Virus record (IMG/VR): IMGVR_UViG_3300017750_000004
Strand: one strand, 5' to 3'
Source of the DNA: a virus
Length of the DNA: 64,000 bases
Below are positions 54,256 to 62,278 of the stretch, piece after piece. The position numbers were made by a program, and so were the translations under genes. Each line of letters starts with the position of its first letter. Position 1 is the first letter of the stretch. A model generated the notes under the pieces. The model made no database searches and was not told the origin of the DNA. It worked only from the letters and a program-made list of their open reading frames with translations.

Positions 54256-54587
54256 AAAAATTAGGCTTTTGGGTGTACGACACCTATAATTTCTTTTTTA
54301 GTCTTAAAATGAACCCTTTAAGACTTATACCAAATGCGTTTACACAGTACATACTGATGTTTTATCTATCAGTTATGTGGACAGTTGTATTTACGCTTTG
54401 GACTGGCTATAGTATTTACTTTGGTCTTGGAAGTGTAGGTGGACATTTATTAGTAATTAGTGCATTTTTTATTACTGCTCTTACATTTCAAGATGCAGAA
54501 AAGAATGGTCATTTGTGGGTACAGCGAGTTAAGCTTACCCCCGTAGAGAACAGGAGAGGTGTGTGGAACTTGGAGAACGAGGGATAA
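54252..54587 (+). CDS. Hypothetical membrane protein
   Basis: 111 aa with two hydrophobic segments. Confidence 0.65.
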   Translation: MKKLGFWVYDTYNFFFSLKMNPLRLIPNAFTQYILMFYLSVMWTVVFTLWTGYSIYFGLGSVGGHLLVISAFFITALTFQDAEKNGHLWVQRVKLTPVENRRGVWNLENEG

Positions 54588-54763
54588 GTACATATGAGAT
54601 TGTAGAAGTATTCTACGCTCAAAATGAAAGAGTATATAGAGTAGTAGAAAAGAAGGCCGACGGAAAAATTCAAGACGTAGCACGACTTACTAGTAGAGAG
54701 AAAGCTCAATACTATGTAGACGCGCGTACACAACAGGAAGCACCGGAGCATAATCAATGGTAG
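54563..54763 (+). CDS. Hypothetical protein
   Basis: 66 aa ORF; start uncertain. Confidence 0.45.
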   Translation: MELGERGISTYEIVEVFYAQNERVYRVVEKKADGKIQDVARLTSREKAQYYVDARTQQEAPEHNQW

Positions 54764-55131
54764 GCAAGTTTAAAAGTAAACTATTTAATGTATATCATCC
54801 TCCTCACTACAAAGCACACCCTAGTGGGGTGGAGTGTATTCAAATTACAGAACATATGAGTTTCTGTCTTGGAAATGCTGTAAAATATATCTGGAGAGCA
54901 GGAATAAAAACTCACGATCCTGTACATGATTTAAGCAAAGCAGTATGGTATCTAAATAGGGAGATAGCAAAAATTGAGAAGAATCAAGAAGAAAGAGTCC
55001 GAGAACTTGTCCGATACGAATATACGGAAAGTACTCGATCTTCTGAGTGGCAACAGTCCTATAACAAAGAAGGAAGCCTGTGGTATCCTGAATATAGCAT
55101 ACAATACAACCAGGCTTCAGAGAATAATTGA
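54757..55131 (+). CDS. DUF3310 (SaV-like) protein
   Basis: HPPHY...VECIQI...FCLGNAVKYIWRAG.K...DL.KA.WYL.REI. Confidence 0.85.
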   Translation: MVGKFKSKLFNVYHPPHYKAHPSGVECIQITEHMSFCLGNAVKYIWRAGIKTHDPVHDLSKAVWYLNREIAKIEKNQEERVRELVRYEYTESTRSSEWQQSYNKEGSLWYPEYSIQYNQASENN

Positions 55132-55666
55132 TGAATTTGAAGAGACGCAGGCGTATCGTTCAAAAAGAAAAACTCAAAACAAAGGGAAAGCAGCCACAAA
55201 AGATGAAGTGGCAGATGCGGTTACTCGATTTTTATCCGGCGACGCCATCTCAGAAATCGCAGCGGGGTTGTACAGATCCTCAGGATTTGTCAAAGCCATC
55301 ATCGAACGTACAGGAGTTCCCCAAAAAGGAGAAGGAACCTACGACTACTTGCCGGACGAGTGCGTTGCAGAAGATTTTGCTGATGGAGAGATAGTATGGT
55401 CGGCCAAGTATCACGGCCCTGCCATAATTAAATATGAATTGTCTATAGATTATCAGGCAGAAAAACCCGGAATGAAAGATGTAAACTACGAAAAGAAATA
55501 TGGTAGTAAAGCATACAACATCTGGGTAATTGAAAAAATTGATGATGATTACAGTGATCGTTGGACTACTGCACAAGGCGGTGGTTTTACCGCTTCAGCT
55601 CTCGCATATGATTTAGGTAAGCTATCCCACCTTGAAGAATACGGAGTAGACTTATCACGTATCTAA
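54974..55666 (+). CDS. Conserved T5-family protein upstream of D3
   Basis: TKKEACGIL...FLSGDAISEIA..LYRS..FVK...E.F..GE.VW...Y parallels the T5 gene in the same position. Confidence 0.72.
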   Translation: MRRIKKKESENLSDTNIRKVLDLLSGNSPITKKEACGILNIAYNTTRLQRIIDEFEETQAYRSKRKTQNKGKAATKDEVADAVTRFLSGDAISEIAAGLYRSSGFVKAIIERTGVPQKGEGTYDYLPDECVAEDFADGEIVWSAKYHGPAIIKYELSIDYQAEKPGMKDVNYEKKYGSKAYNIWVIEKIDDDYSDRWTTAQGGGFTASALAYDLGKLSHLEEYGVDLSRI

Positions 55667-55675
55667 AAAAATTTC

Positions 55676-55704
55676 TTGACTTTCACTTCATATGCAGGTA
55701 TAAT
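55676..55704 (+). promoter_or_regulatory. Promoter
   Basis: TTGACT-17-TATAAT. Confidence 0.85.
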
Positions 55705-55733
55705 ATCTGTATAAATTGATAGGAGACTTACAA

Positions 55734-55820
55734 ATGGAATTTCTAGCAGGGTACTTCCTGTTTCTTACGCTCTCGCTTATTTCATTCTTATGGATTGAGC
55801 AGATTCAGAGTGGGCGATAG
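55734..55820 (+). CDS. 28 aa membrane peptide
   Basis: AGGAG RBS; MEFLAGYFLFLTLSLISFLWIEQIQSGR. Confidence 0.5.
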   Translation: MEFLAGYFLFLTLSLISFLWIEQIQSGR

Positions 55821-55896
55821 GTTCTATCACCAACAATTAGCGGCCACGGGAAACTGTCCCGGGGCTACCATTTCACAACGTAGAAGGAAACGAAGA

Positions 55897-56262
55897 ATGG
55901 CATGGGATGACGAAAAGAAAGCAGCAGTAATTGAACAATACGAAGCTGCAAATCCAACTCCAGAGAACAGCATGGAGATCGTCGCGGAGCTTGCGGAAGA
56001 ATTTGAAGAGTCACCAAACGGTGTTCGTATGATTCTTACTAAAGCAGGCGTGTATGTAAAGAAAGCCCCCGCTTCTGGTGGAGCCAAAAGCACAGCCTCG
56101 AATGGTGGTAGTGGCGGGCGTGTATCAAAAGCTGCCGCCATTGAAAGTTTGTCTGCTGCAATCTCTGATGCAGGTCAAGAAGTTGACCAAGAGATTCTTG
56201 ACAAGCTAACTGGCAAAGCTGCTGTATACTTTACAGGTGTTATTTCCGCAATTAATTCATAA
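55897..56262 (+). CDS. D3: T5 D3-like DNA-binding protein
   Basis: SMEIVAELAEEFEESPNGVRMILTKAGVYVKKA...SKA...ILDKLTGKAA closely matches T5 D3. Confidence 0.85.
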   Translation: MAWDDEKKAAVIEQYEAANPTPENSMEIVAELAEEFEESPNGVRMILTKAGVYVKKAPASGGAKSTASNGGSGGRVSKAAAIESLSAAISDAGQEVDQEILDKLTGKAAVYFTGVISAINS

Positions 56263-56326
56263 AGTTTTGCTTCTAAGATGATGAGGACGGTAGAAAATTC
56301 TGCCAACCCGCTTCTTAGGAGCATTT

Positions 56327-56593
56327 GTGAAAAAAGAAGAACTAGCACGACTCGTAAATGAGTATGGTGACGCGGTAATAAGTTACCGAAGTGAAAATAG
56401 TGGTAAACTCAAATATAATGTTTGCACGCTAGACTTCTCAACACCTTATATCCAAGACAAAAGAAATCGGGCAAAAGAGTCTGACAGCACTCTTTTGCTT
56501 TTTTGTTGGGATACTGACTCATATAGACTGTTAAAACCAAATAATGTAACTAGTGTTGTTCCTTTGGCTTCCGTTTTGAAGAACGGAGACTGA
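56327..56593 (+). CDS. Conserved T5-family hypothetical protein
   Basis: Syntenic with the gene after T5 D3; LF.WDTDSYRL..PN.V..V..L.S.L. Confidence 0.7.
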   Translation: MKKEELARLVNEYGDAVISYRSENSGKLKYNVCTLDFSTPYIQDKRNRAKESDSTLLLFCWDTDSYRLLKPNNVTSVVPLASVLKNGD

Positions 56594-56594
56594 T

Positions 56595-56897
56595 ATGGAA
56601 CTGTATGAATCTCCAGAAATGTATGAAAAAATTGTACATTATGACGAAGAAAAAGAAGTTCAGATACGATTGACGGTAAGTACGTTTCGTGGAATAGAAT
56701 ATCTACACCTTCGTAAGTATTATTTGAGTTTTGACGAAGAGTGGTGCCCTACTCCAGAAGGAGTAGCCTTTCCACTAGATTTCAATAATAGTAGAGAACT
56801 TTTTGCAGGATTAGTCGAGATACTAAGCCTGGCGGAAAGTAAAGAAATTATTGAAGAGAATTTTTCCGATCTTATCCAGGACTTATACATAAAATAG
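56595..56897 (+). CDS. PC4-like ssDNA-binding / transcription coactivator protein
   Basis: IRLTVSTFRGIEYLHLRKYY...EEW.PT..GV.F. Confidence 0.8.
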   Translation: MELYESPEMYEKIVHYDEEKEVQIRLTVSTFRGIEYLHLRKYYLSFDEEWCPTPEGVAFPLDFNNSRELFAGLVEILSLAESKEIIEENFSDLIQDLYIK

Positions 56898-56900
56898 TTC

Positions 56901-56929
56901 TTGACTTTTCTTTCTTCTTTCTGTATAAT
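56901..56929 (+). promoter_or_regulatory. Promoter
   Basis: TTGACT-17-TATAAT. Confidence 0.85.
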
Positions 56930-56952
56930 ATATGGTCTGAGTGAGGAAATAT

Positions 56953-57897
56953 ATGAAAGATTTTTTTGAAAAATGTGAAGCCGCGTACTTCTCGGGCTAC
57001 CCGATAATCTCGGACGAAGAGTATGACGCGCTTGTAGCAAAGTGGAATCACCAATCTGTAGGCCATACGGTCACAGACGGTGTTCCGCATTTGTACAAGA
57101 TGTATTCTCTGCAAAAATATTTTGATCTTGCTGAAGCCCCCAATACTTCAGAGTATGTTTGTACTCCGAAGCTAGACGGGGCTGCTGTGTCTTTACTGTA
57201 TGTAAATGGACACTTTGCACTCGGATTGACACGAGGCGATGGTAACTTAGGCCGAGACGTTACCATAAAGCTAGAAGAGCTAGTACCTGTTACTATTCCT
57301 ATGAAGGGTAGTGTGCAGATTACTGGAGAGGTAGTTTTGCCCTCGTTTGTCCCCAATGCTCGCAATGCTGCGGCGGGGTTGTTAAATGTCAAAGACATAC
57401 AAGAGTTTCGAGAGCGATCTCAAGACTTGGTTTTTGTCGCTTACGACCTCCAGTTTGAAAAAGACTACTCAGACTATAAGTCAGCAATGTATGCATTGGC
57501 CCATGAAGGTTTCAATGTCGTAACAGACTTCGACGCTACTGATTATCCTACGGATGGTTTAGTATACCGCCTGCGCGATCAGAGAGCCTTTCAAAAAATG
57601 GGACATACAGCCCACCACCCTCGTGGCGCTTTTGCTCTCAAAGAGCAGAAAGAGGGGAAGATTACAGAATTGCTCGATGTTGTGTGGCAAGTAGGTAAAT
57701 CGGGCGTAGTCAGCCCTGTTGCTTTACTTGATCCAGTCGAAGTAGAAGGTGCTCTTGTGGGCAGGGCAACTCTACACAACATCGAGTACATTCGCTCTTT
57801 GGACCTGGAAATCGGTTGCAAAGTAGAGGTAATACGTAGTGGAGACATTATTCCGCGAATTGTTCGCAGAGCAGACCTTCAGAAAAATAGTTCTTGA
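56953..57897 (+). CDS. ligA: NAD-dependent DNA ligase subunit A
   Basis: ISDEEYD, MYSL.K, PKLDG (KxDG), LTRGDG..G.DVT, TDGLV, WQVGKSG.V.PVA, ATLHN, RSGDIIP. Confidence 0.93.
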   Translation: MKDFFEKCEAAYFSGYPIISDEEYDALVAKWNHQSVGHTVTDGVPHLYKMYSLQKYFDLAEAPNTSEYVCTPKLDGAAVSLLYVNGHFALGLTRGDGNLGRDVTIKLEELVPVTIPMKGSVQITGEVVLPSFVPNARNAAAGLLNVKDIQEFRERSQDLVFVAYDLQFEKDYSDYKSAMYALAHEGFNVVTDFDATDYPTDGLVYRLRDQRAFQKMGHTAHHPRGAFALKEQKEGKITELLDVVWQVGKSGVVSPVALLDPVEVEGALVGRATLHNIEYIRSLDLEIGCKVEVIRSGDIIPRIVRRADLQKNSS

Positions 57898-57922
57898 CTT
57901 TTACCTCAGTTTTTCGTATAAT
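57894..57922 (+). promoter_or_regulatory. Promoter
   Basis: TTGACT-17-TATAAT. Confidence 0.85.
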
Positions 57923-57949
57923 ATATTCTACATTTTCGGAGTTATCTAA

Positions 57950-58738
57950 ATGCTAAAAAAGATCCTACCGCCAACGGAATGTCCGTCTTGTGGTGGCGAC
58001 CTTACTTCGGTCAATGATTTGTTCTACTGTTACAGTAGTAACTGTTCAGCACAGAAACAAAAAAAGATCGAGCATTTTGCAAAAACTCTGAAGATTAAGG
58101 GGCTTGGCCCCGCAACAATAGAGAAGCTAGAAATAGATGACTTCGATCAAGTTTATCTATATGATGAATTTTTACTATGTGATAGGCTGGGCGAGAAGCT
58201 CGGTACAAAGTTACACGCAGAAATTCAAAACTCTATTTCGGCTCCTCTTGATTTGGTATTACCTGCTTTTGGTATTCCACTGATCGGAAAAACGGCAACG
58301 AAGAAGCTGTCTGAGACTGTCCAATCTATTACTGAAATTACACCAGACACTTGTGAGCGTGCCGGATTAGGCCCAAAAGCAACTGAGAATCTATGTAACT
58401 GGTTAGATGAAGAGTTCTATTGTTTTTATGATGGTACTCTACCGTTTGACTTAAAGTTTACACCCCCAAGTGTATTACCTGCAGAAATGAATCGGGGTAT
58501 TGTCTGTATAACCGGAAAGCTTAAGAGTTTTAAGACGAAGGCTCAGGCAGGCACAGCACTCGTTAGTCGTGGCTATGTAGTAAAGTCAAGTCTAACAAAA
58601 GATGTAACGATTCTCGTAAATGAAAGCGGTATTGAATCGGCAAAAACTAAACAGGCCAGAGAATCTGGCATTGAAATAATTACGGATTTACAATCCTATT
58701 TGGAGAAAAAATATGGCACTTCCCAAGTGGACGGATGA
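57950..58738 (+). CDS. ligB: NAD-dependent DNA ligase subunit B
   Basis: Zn finger CPSCG...C...C, HhH (IKGLGPAT; IPLIGKT), BRCT (VCITGKL...SSLTK.VT.LV). Confidence 0.9.
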   Translation: MLKKILPPTECPSCGGDLTSVNDLFYCYSSNCSAQKQKKIEHFAKTLKIKGLGPATIEKLEIDDFDQVYLYDEFLLCDRLGEKLGTKLHAEIQNSISAPLDLVLPAFGIPLIGKTATKKLSETVQSITEITPDTCERAGLGPKATENLCNWLDEEFYCFYDGTLPFDLKFTPPSVLPAEMNRGIVCITGKLKSFKTKAQAGTALVSRGYVVKSSLTKDVTILVNESGIESAKTKQARESGIEIITDLQSYLEKKYGTSQVDG

Positions 58739-59432
58739 GCGTACTGAAGCGCTCACTACCTTTGTTGGGGGCGAAAGCCCCGTATCTCAAGCTACTGTTG
58801 CAGAAGCAGCAGACCAGCTTGAAACTTCTACTCGTTCTATCTCTAGCAAGCTGCGAAAGATGGGTTACGAGGTAGAGCTTGCTTCTGCTGCTTCTGGTAA
58901 GTCTTTTACCGAAGCCCAAGAAGCTACCCTCCGCGCCTTTGTTACTGACAACTCTGGTCAGTACACTTATGCTCAAATCGCTGAGCATTTCGAAGGCGGT
59001 TCTTTCTCACCCAAGTCTATTCAGGGCAAGATCCTGAGTATGGAGCTGACTGACCATGTCAAGCCTGCTCCTAAGGTAGAAAGCGTACGTACCTACACTC
59101 CTGAAGAAGAGACAACTTTTGTTTCTATGGTTAACGACGGTGCCTTTGTAGAGGCTATCGCTGACGCTCTTGGCCGTTCGGTCAACAGCATTCGTGGCAA
59201 GGCTCTGAGCCTTCTGCGCTCTGGCGATATCGATGCTATCCCCCGTCAGGAGAGCACTAAAGGTGCTTCAAATGCAGATCCTCTAGCAGACGTAGACGTT
59301 GCGTCTATGACTGTAGAAGCTATCGCTGAAGCGATTGGCAAGACTGCTCGTGGCGTTAAGACTATGCTTACTCGTCGCGGTCTGACTGCAGCCGACTATG
59401 ATGGTGCCGCTAAGGCAGCTAAGGCTCAGTAA
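58713..59432 (+). CDS. D5: T5 D5-like transcription factor / DNA-binding protein
   Basis: RSISSKLRK.G, GQYTYAQIA, QGKILS.E.T, IRGKALSLLR, RGVKTML.RRGL.A.DYDGAAK match T5 D5. Confidence 0.92.
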   Translation: MALPKWTDERTEALTTFVGGESPVSQATVAEAADQLETSTRSISSKLRKMGYEVELASAASGKSFTEAQEATLRAFVTDNSGQYTYAQIAEHFEGGSFSPKSIQGKILSMELTDHVKPAPKVESVRTYTPEEETTFVSMVNDGAFVEAIADALGRSVNSIRGKALSLLRSGDIDAIPRQESTKGASNADPLADVDVASMTVEAIAEAIGKTARGVKTMLTRRGLTAADYDGAAKAAKAQ

Positions 59433-59448
59433 AATTTTTGATGTGGGC

Positions 59449-59477
59449 GGCTGACTCCTTCGGGAGTCGGCCTTTTT
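59449..59477 (+). terminator. Intrinsic terminator
   Basis: GGCTGACTCC-TTCG-GGAGTCGGCC-TTTTT. Confidence 0.9.
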
Positions 59478-59493
59478 CTGTTCGGGGGAACGA

Positions 59494-60843
59494 TTGAATA
59501 TTTCCAGTGCTTTAATAAAGCAATGTGTTGCTGTGGGCGACTTTGAGACGTGGACTTACCTGCGTAAAGAGTACTTGCCTACAGAATATCATTTGCTTTA
59601 TGACCACATTGACAAGCATTGTGAAAAACATCATGATTTCCCTTCGTTCGACGATCTTAAATTAAGTATTCGCCACGGCTTAACCCGGGATAAAGTATTT
59701 GCAATAGAAAATATCTCAGTAGATATTGATGCAGTTACTTTATTAGAATATCTCAAGAATGAATATGCACAGAGAGAGATATTAAACTCTCTTGACAAGT
59801 ATATTGATAACTCAGTATTGTTCGCAGACGCACAAGAGTCTGTAAATGAACTGCATCAGATTGTCCTTGACGTAGAAGAAAAGGTTGATCTCGAACCTCC
59901 ACAAGAGAGTATGCAACATATTGAGTTGTTCGAGAATGAAGAAGATATTGCAAAGTATCTTCCACTTGGTCTTAACGGTGCATATGACAGTGAGATTACT
60001 TTTAGCCCAAGAGATTTGGTTCTCATCGGCGGAAAGCGGGGTCAAGGCAAGTCCTTAACTTGTGCTAATATTGCAAACAATGTTGTCGAATCTGGCCGTT
60101 CAGCTATCTATTTTACCATTGAAATGGACAGTCGTGCAATACTGCAACGGTGTTGCGGGATCGCTACTGGCATACCTCAAAATCGTTTACGTTCAAAGAA
60201 CTTGACCGTAGATGAGTGGGAACGAGTAAGCGCATGGTGGGCTGCTCGATATGATAGAGGCCTGGAAAGGTTGGAAGAATACAAAGAACACCGTAATTTT
60301 AGCGACTTACACCATAAGTTACGTACCGAGCATGAGCTTCTCCCGACTCAACAGCTCGACGTAGTTTATGACCCAGGTCTAACTCTTGCCCGTATTCGTG
60401 CAGAGTTGGATAAGAAAGTTGGTAAAATTAATGCTGGTGTAATCATTGTAGATTATATCAACCAAGTACGTAGGTCACATCTTCCTTCACGAGGTGGACA
60501 GTACGATTGGACGGAACAGATCGAAGTGAGTAAAGCACTCAAGTCTATGGCACAAGAGTATGATTGTACAGTAGTATCTCCCTATCAAACTGATGCTACT
60601 GGAGAGGCAAGATTCGCAAAAGGCATTCTCGATGCAGCAGATGCTGCTTTTGCTCTCGAAAGCTGGGAACAAGAAGATAACTGTTTAACATTTAATTGTG
60701 TTAAAATGAGATCTGCCAGCATGGAGAGTTTTACTTCTACTATGAATTGGGAGACTTTGAAGATAGGGCCTGAGTCAGAACTCACTCCCAAAGAACGAGA
60801 TGCAGCTTCCGAGAAAAGCGACGAAGACATTCACGACCTCTGA
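59494..60843 (+). CDS. DnaB-like replicative helicase (T5 D6-like)
   Basis: Walker A GGKRGQGKS, FTIEMD, IIVDYINQV, SPYQ, ARFAKGILDAAD, CVKMR. Confidence 0.88.
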   Translation: MNISSALIKQCVAVGDFETWTYLRKEYLPTEYHLLYDHIDKHCEKHHDFPSFDDLKLSIRHGLTRDKVFAIENISVDIDAVTLLEYLKNEYAQREILNSLDKYIDNSVLFADAQESVNELHQIVLDVEEKVDLEPPQESMQHIELFENEEDIAKYLPLGLNGAYDSEITFSPRDLVLIGGKRGQGKSLTCANIANNVVESGRSAIYFTIEMDSRAILQRCCGIATGIPQNRLRSKNLTVDEWERVSAWWAARYDRGLERLEEYKEHRNFSDLHHKLRTEHELLPTQQLDVVYDPGLTLARIRAELDKKVGKINAGVIIVDYINQVRRSHLPSRGGQYDWTEQIEVSKALKSMAQEYDCTVVSPYQTDATGEARFAKGILDAADAAFALESWEQEDNCLTFNCVKMRSASMESFTSTMNWETLKIGPESELTPKERDAASEKSDEDIHDL

Positions 60844-60855
60844 TAAAAATATTCC

Positions 60856-60884
60856 TTGACACTCCTGTCATTTTCATGTATAAT
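60856..60884 (+). promoter_or_regulatory. Promoter
   Basis: TTGACA-17-TATAAT. Confidence 0.85.
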
Positions 60885-60915
60885 ATATCTTGAAATTGAT
60901 GGGAGTTTTTTATAT

Positions 60916-61212
60916 ATGGGGATGGTATATGGATCGTTACGCTATGATGTCACGGGAAGAAAGAAGCGTAGTTATGCGCGAAAAACTAAGGTTAGCACGA
61001 GAGGGGGTATTCATGAGCCTCAACGAGTTAATTACCGCAGGTGTATGCCTGAGTACCCCTCAGCTCCCGACACAACTGGAGTTGCCGCTAGGGTGGAAAG
61101 CCTGCAATATACGGGAACCCTCGTTAAGGGTATCGGAACCATGCATAAATCTAATGCGATACCAATTATCAACGAAGAAGAAATGAAAGATTTAGCGAGG
61201 ATGAGAAGATAA
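60916..61212 (+). CDS. Hypothetical basic protein
   Basis: GGGAG RBS; ...YTGTLVKGIGTMHKSNAIPII... Confidence 0.65.
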   Translation: MGMVYGSLRYDVTGRKKRSYARKTKVSTRGGIHEPQRVNYRRCMPEYPSAPDTTGVAARVESLQYTGTLVKGIGTMHKSNAIPIINEEEMKDLARMRR

Positions 61213-61445
61213 TGCACGACGCACTTATGGAACATTGGAATACTCGTGATACTTGCCCTAACTGTGGAGAAACTTTAGAAGGGGACGGATATAGCAATGG
61301 CAATCCTGTACGATGTCCTAATGCTCTAGAAGAAGACTGGTGGTACTCCGAGCCAGACAGCGGACCGTGGCTGTGTAGTATTGATGAAGATTATGACGAG
61401 CCTACCGAAATGGATGAGTGGGCATCTTTTGATCCGGACTGTTAA
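61212..61445 (+). CDS. Small zinc-ribbon protein
   Basis: CPNCGETLEGDGYSNGNPVRCP; acidic tail. Confidence 0.6.
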   Translation: MHDALMEHWNTRDTCPNCGETLEGDGYSNGNPVRCPNALEEDWWYSEPDSGPWLCSIDEDYDEPTEMDEWASFDPDC

Positions 61446-62278
61446 TGAACGTAGAAGATTTACTTAGCACTAAAGATATTCCTTTCATACCAAAGGGGAA
61501 AGACTTTGTTGTTCGTTGTTTGAACCCTGAACACGATGATCGCAACCCTAGTATGAGAGTGGATCAAATCACAGGCATTTTTAACTGTTTTTCCTGCGGC
61601 TATAAAGGTAGCATCTTTAAGCACTTCGGAGAAAAAGCAGATAAAATGGAATTACGGCGGCAGCTTTTGAAAAAGAAAATACAAGAAAAAAGATTAGAAG
61701 GAGTAGGACTCTCTATGCCAGAGGGTTATGCTCCGTACGTAGGAAACTGGCGAAACATTCGTCCAGAAACTTATAAAGATTTCGAAGCCTTTATACATTC
61801 AGGTAAAGACTTCAACGGTAGAATCTGTTTCCCAATACGAGACAGATCGGGTAGAGTTATTGCATTTCAATCAAGAACAACAACAGATCAAACACCAAAA
61901 TATTTGTTCAGTCCTCCAGGGGTAAAGTTGCCCTTGTTCCCTGTAGTAGAACCAATACACGACACCATTGTACTGGTAGAGGGAATCTTTGATGTTATAA
62001 ATTTACACGACAAAGGACTGACAAATGCGGTATGCTGCTTTGGAGTAAAGAATGTAACTACAGAAAAGTTACAAGTATTATCTGTACAGGGCATACAAAG
62101 AATAGATGTATTTTTAGACAATGATGAAGCAGGACAGAAAGGCTCAGAAGCAATAAGAAAACTATGTGAAGAAGTAGATATAAGTACAAGAAACATTGCT
62201 TTTGGAGATAAATATGCAGATGCAGGATCGTTGTCACAAACACAAGTTGATAAATTAAGGAATAAACTATATGGCTAA
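61445..62278 (+). CDS. DNA primase
   Basis: Zn finger CLNPEHDD.NPS...CFSCG, KYLFSP, Toprim LVEGIFD and FLDNDEAG. Confidence 0.92.
   Translation: MNVEDLLSTKDIPFIPKGKDFVVRCLNPEHDDRNPSMRVDQITGIFNCFSCGYKGSIFKHFGEKADKMELRRQLLKKKIQEKRLEGVGLSMPEGYAPYVGNWRNIRPETYKDFEAFIHSGKDFNGRICFPIRDRSGRVIAFQSRTTTDQTPKYLFSPPGVKLPLFPVVEPIHDTIVLVEGIFDVINLHDKGLTNAVCCFGVKNVTTEKLQVLSVQGIQRIDVFLDNDEAGQKGSEAIRKLCEEVDISTRNIAFGDKYADAGSLSQTQVDKLRNKLYG

Noticed and set aside
45500-55700. tRNA cluster expected in a T5-like early region
   Set aside because: No cloverleaf with T-loop GTTCRANYC and acceptor stem was seen by eye; tRNAscan-SE/ARAGORN should confirm.
56953-58738. Split DNA ligase as a possible pseudogene
   Set aside because: The two-subunit NAD ligase is the normal T5 arrangement, and the second part has its own promoter and RBS.
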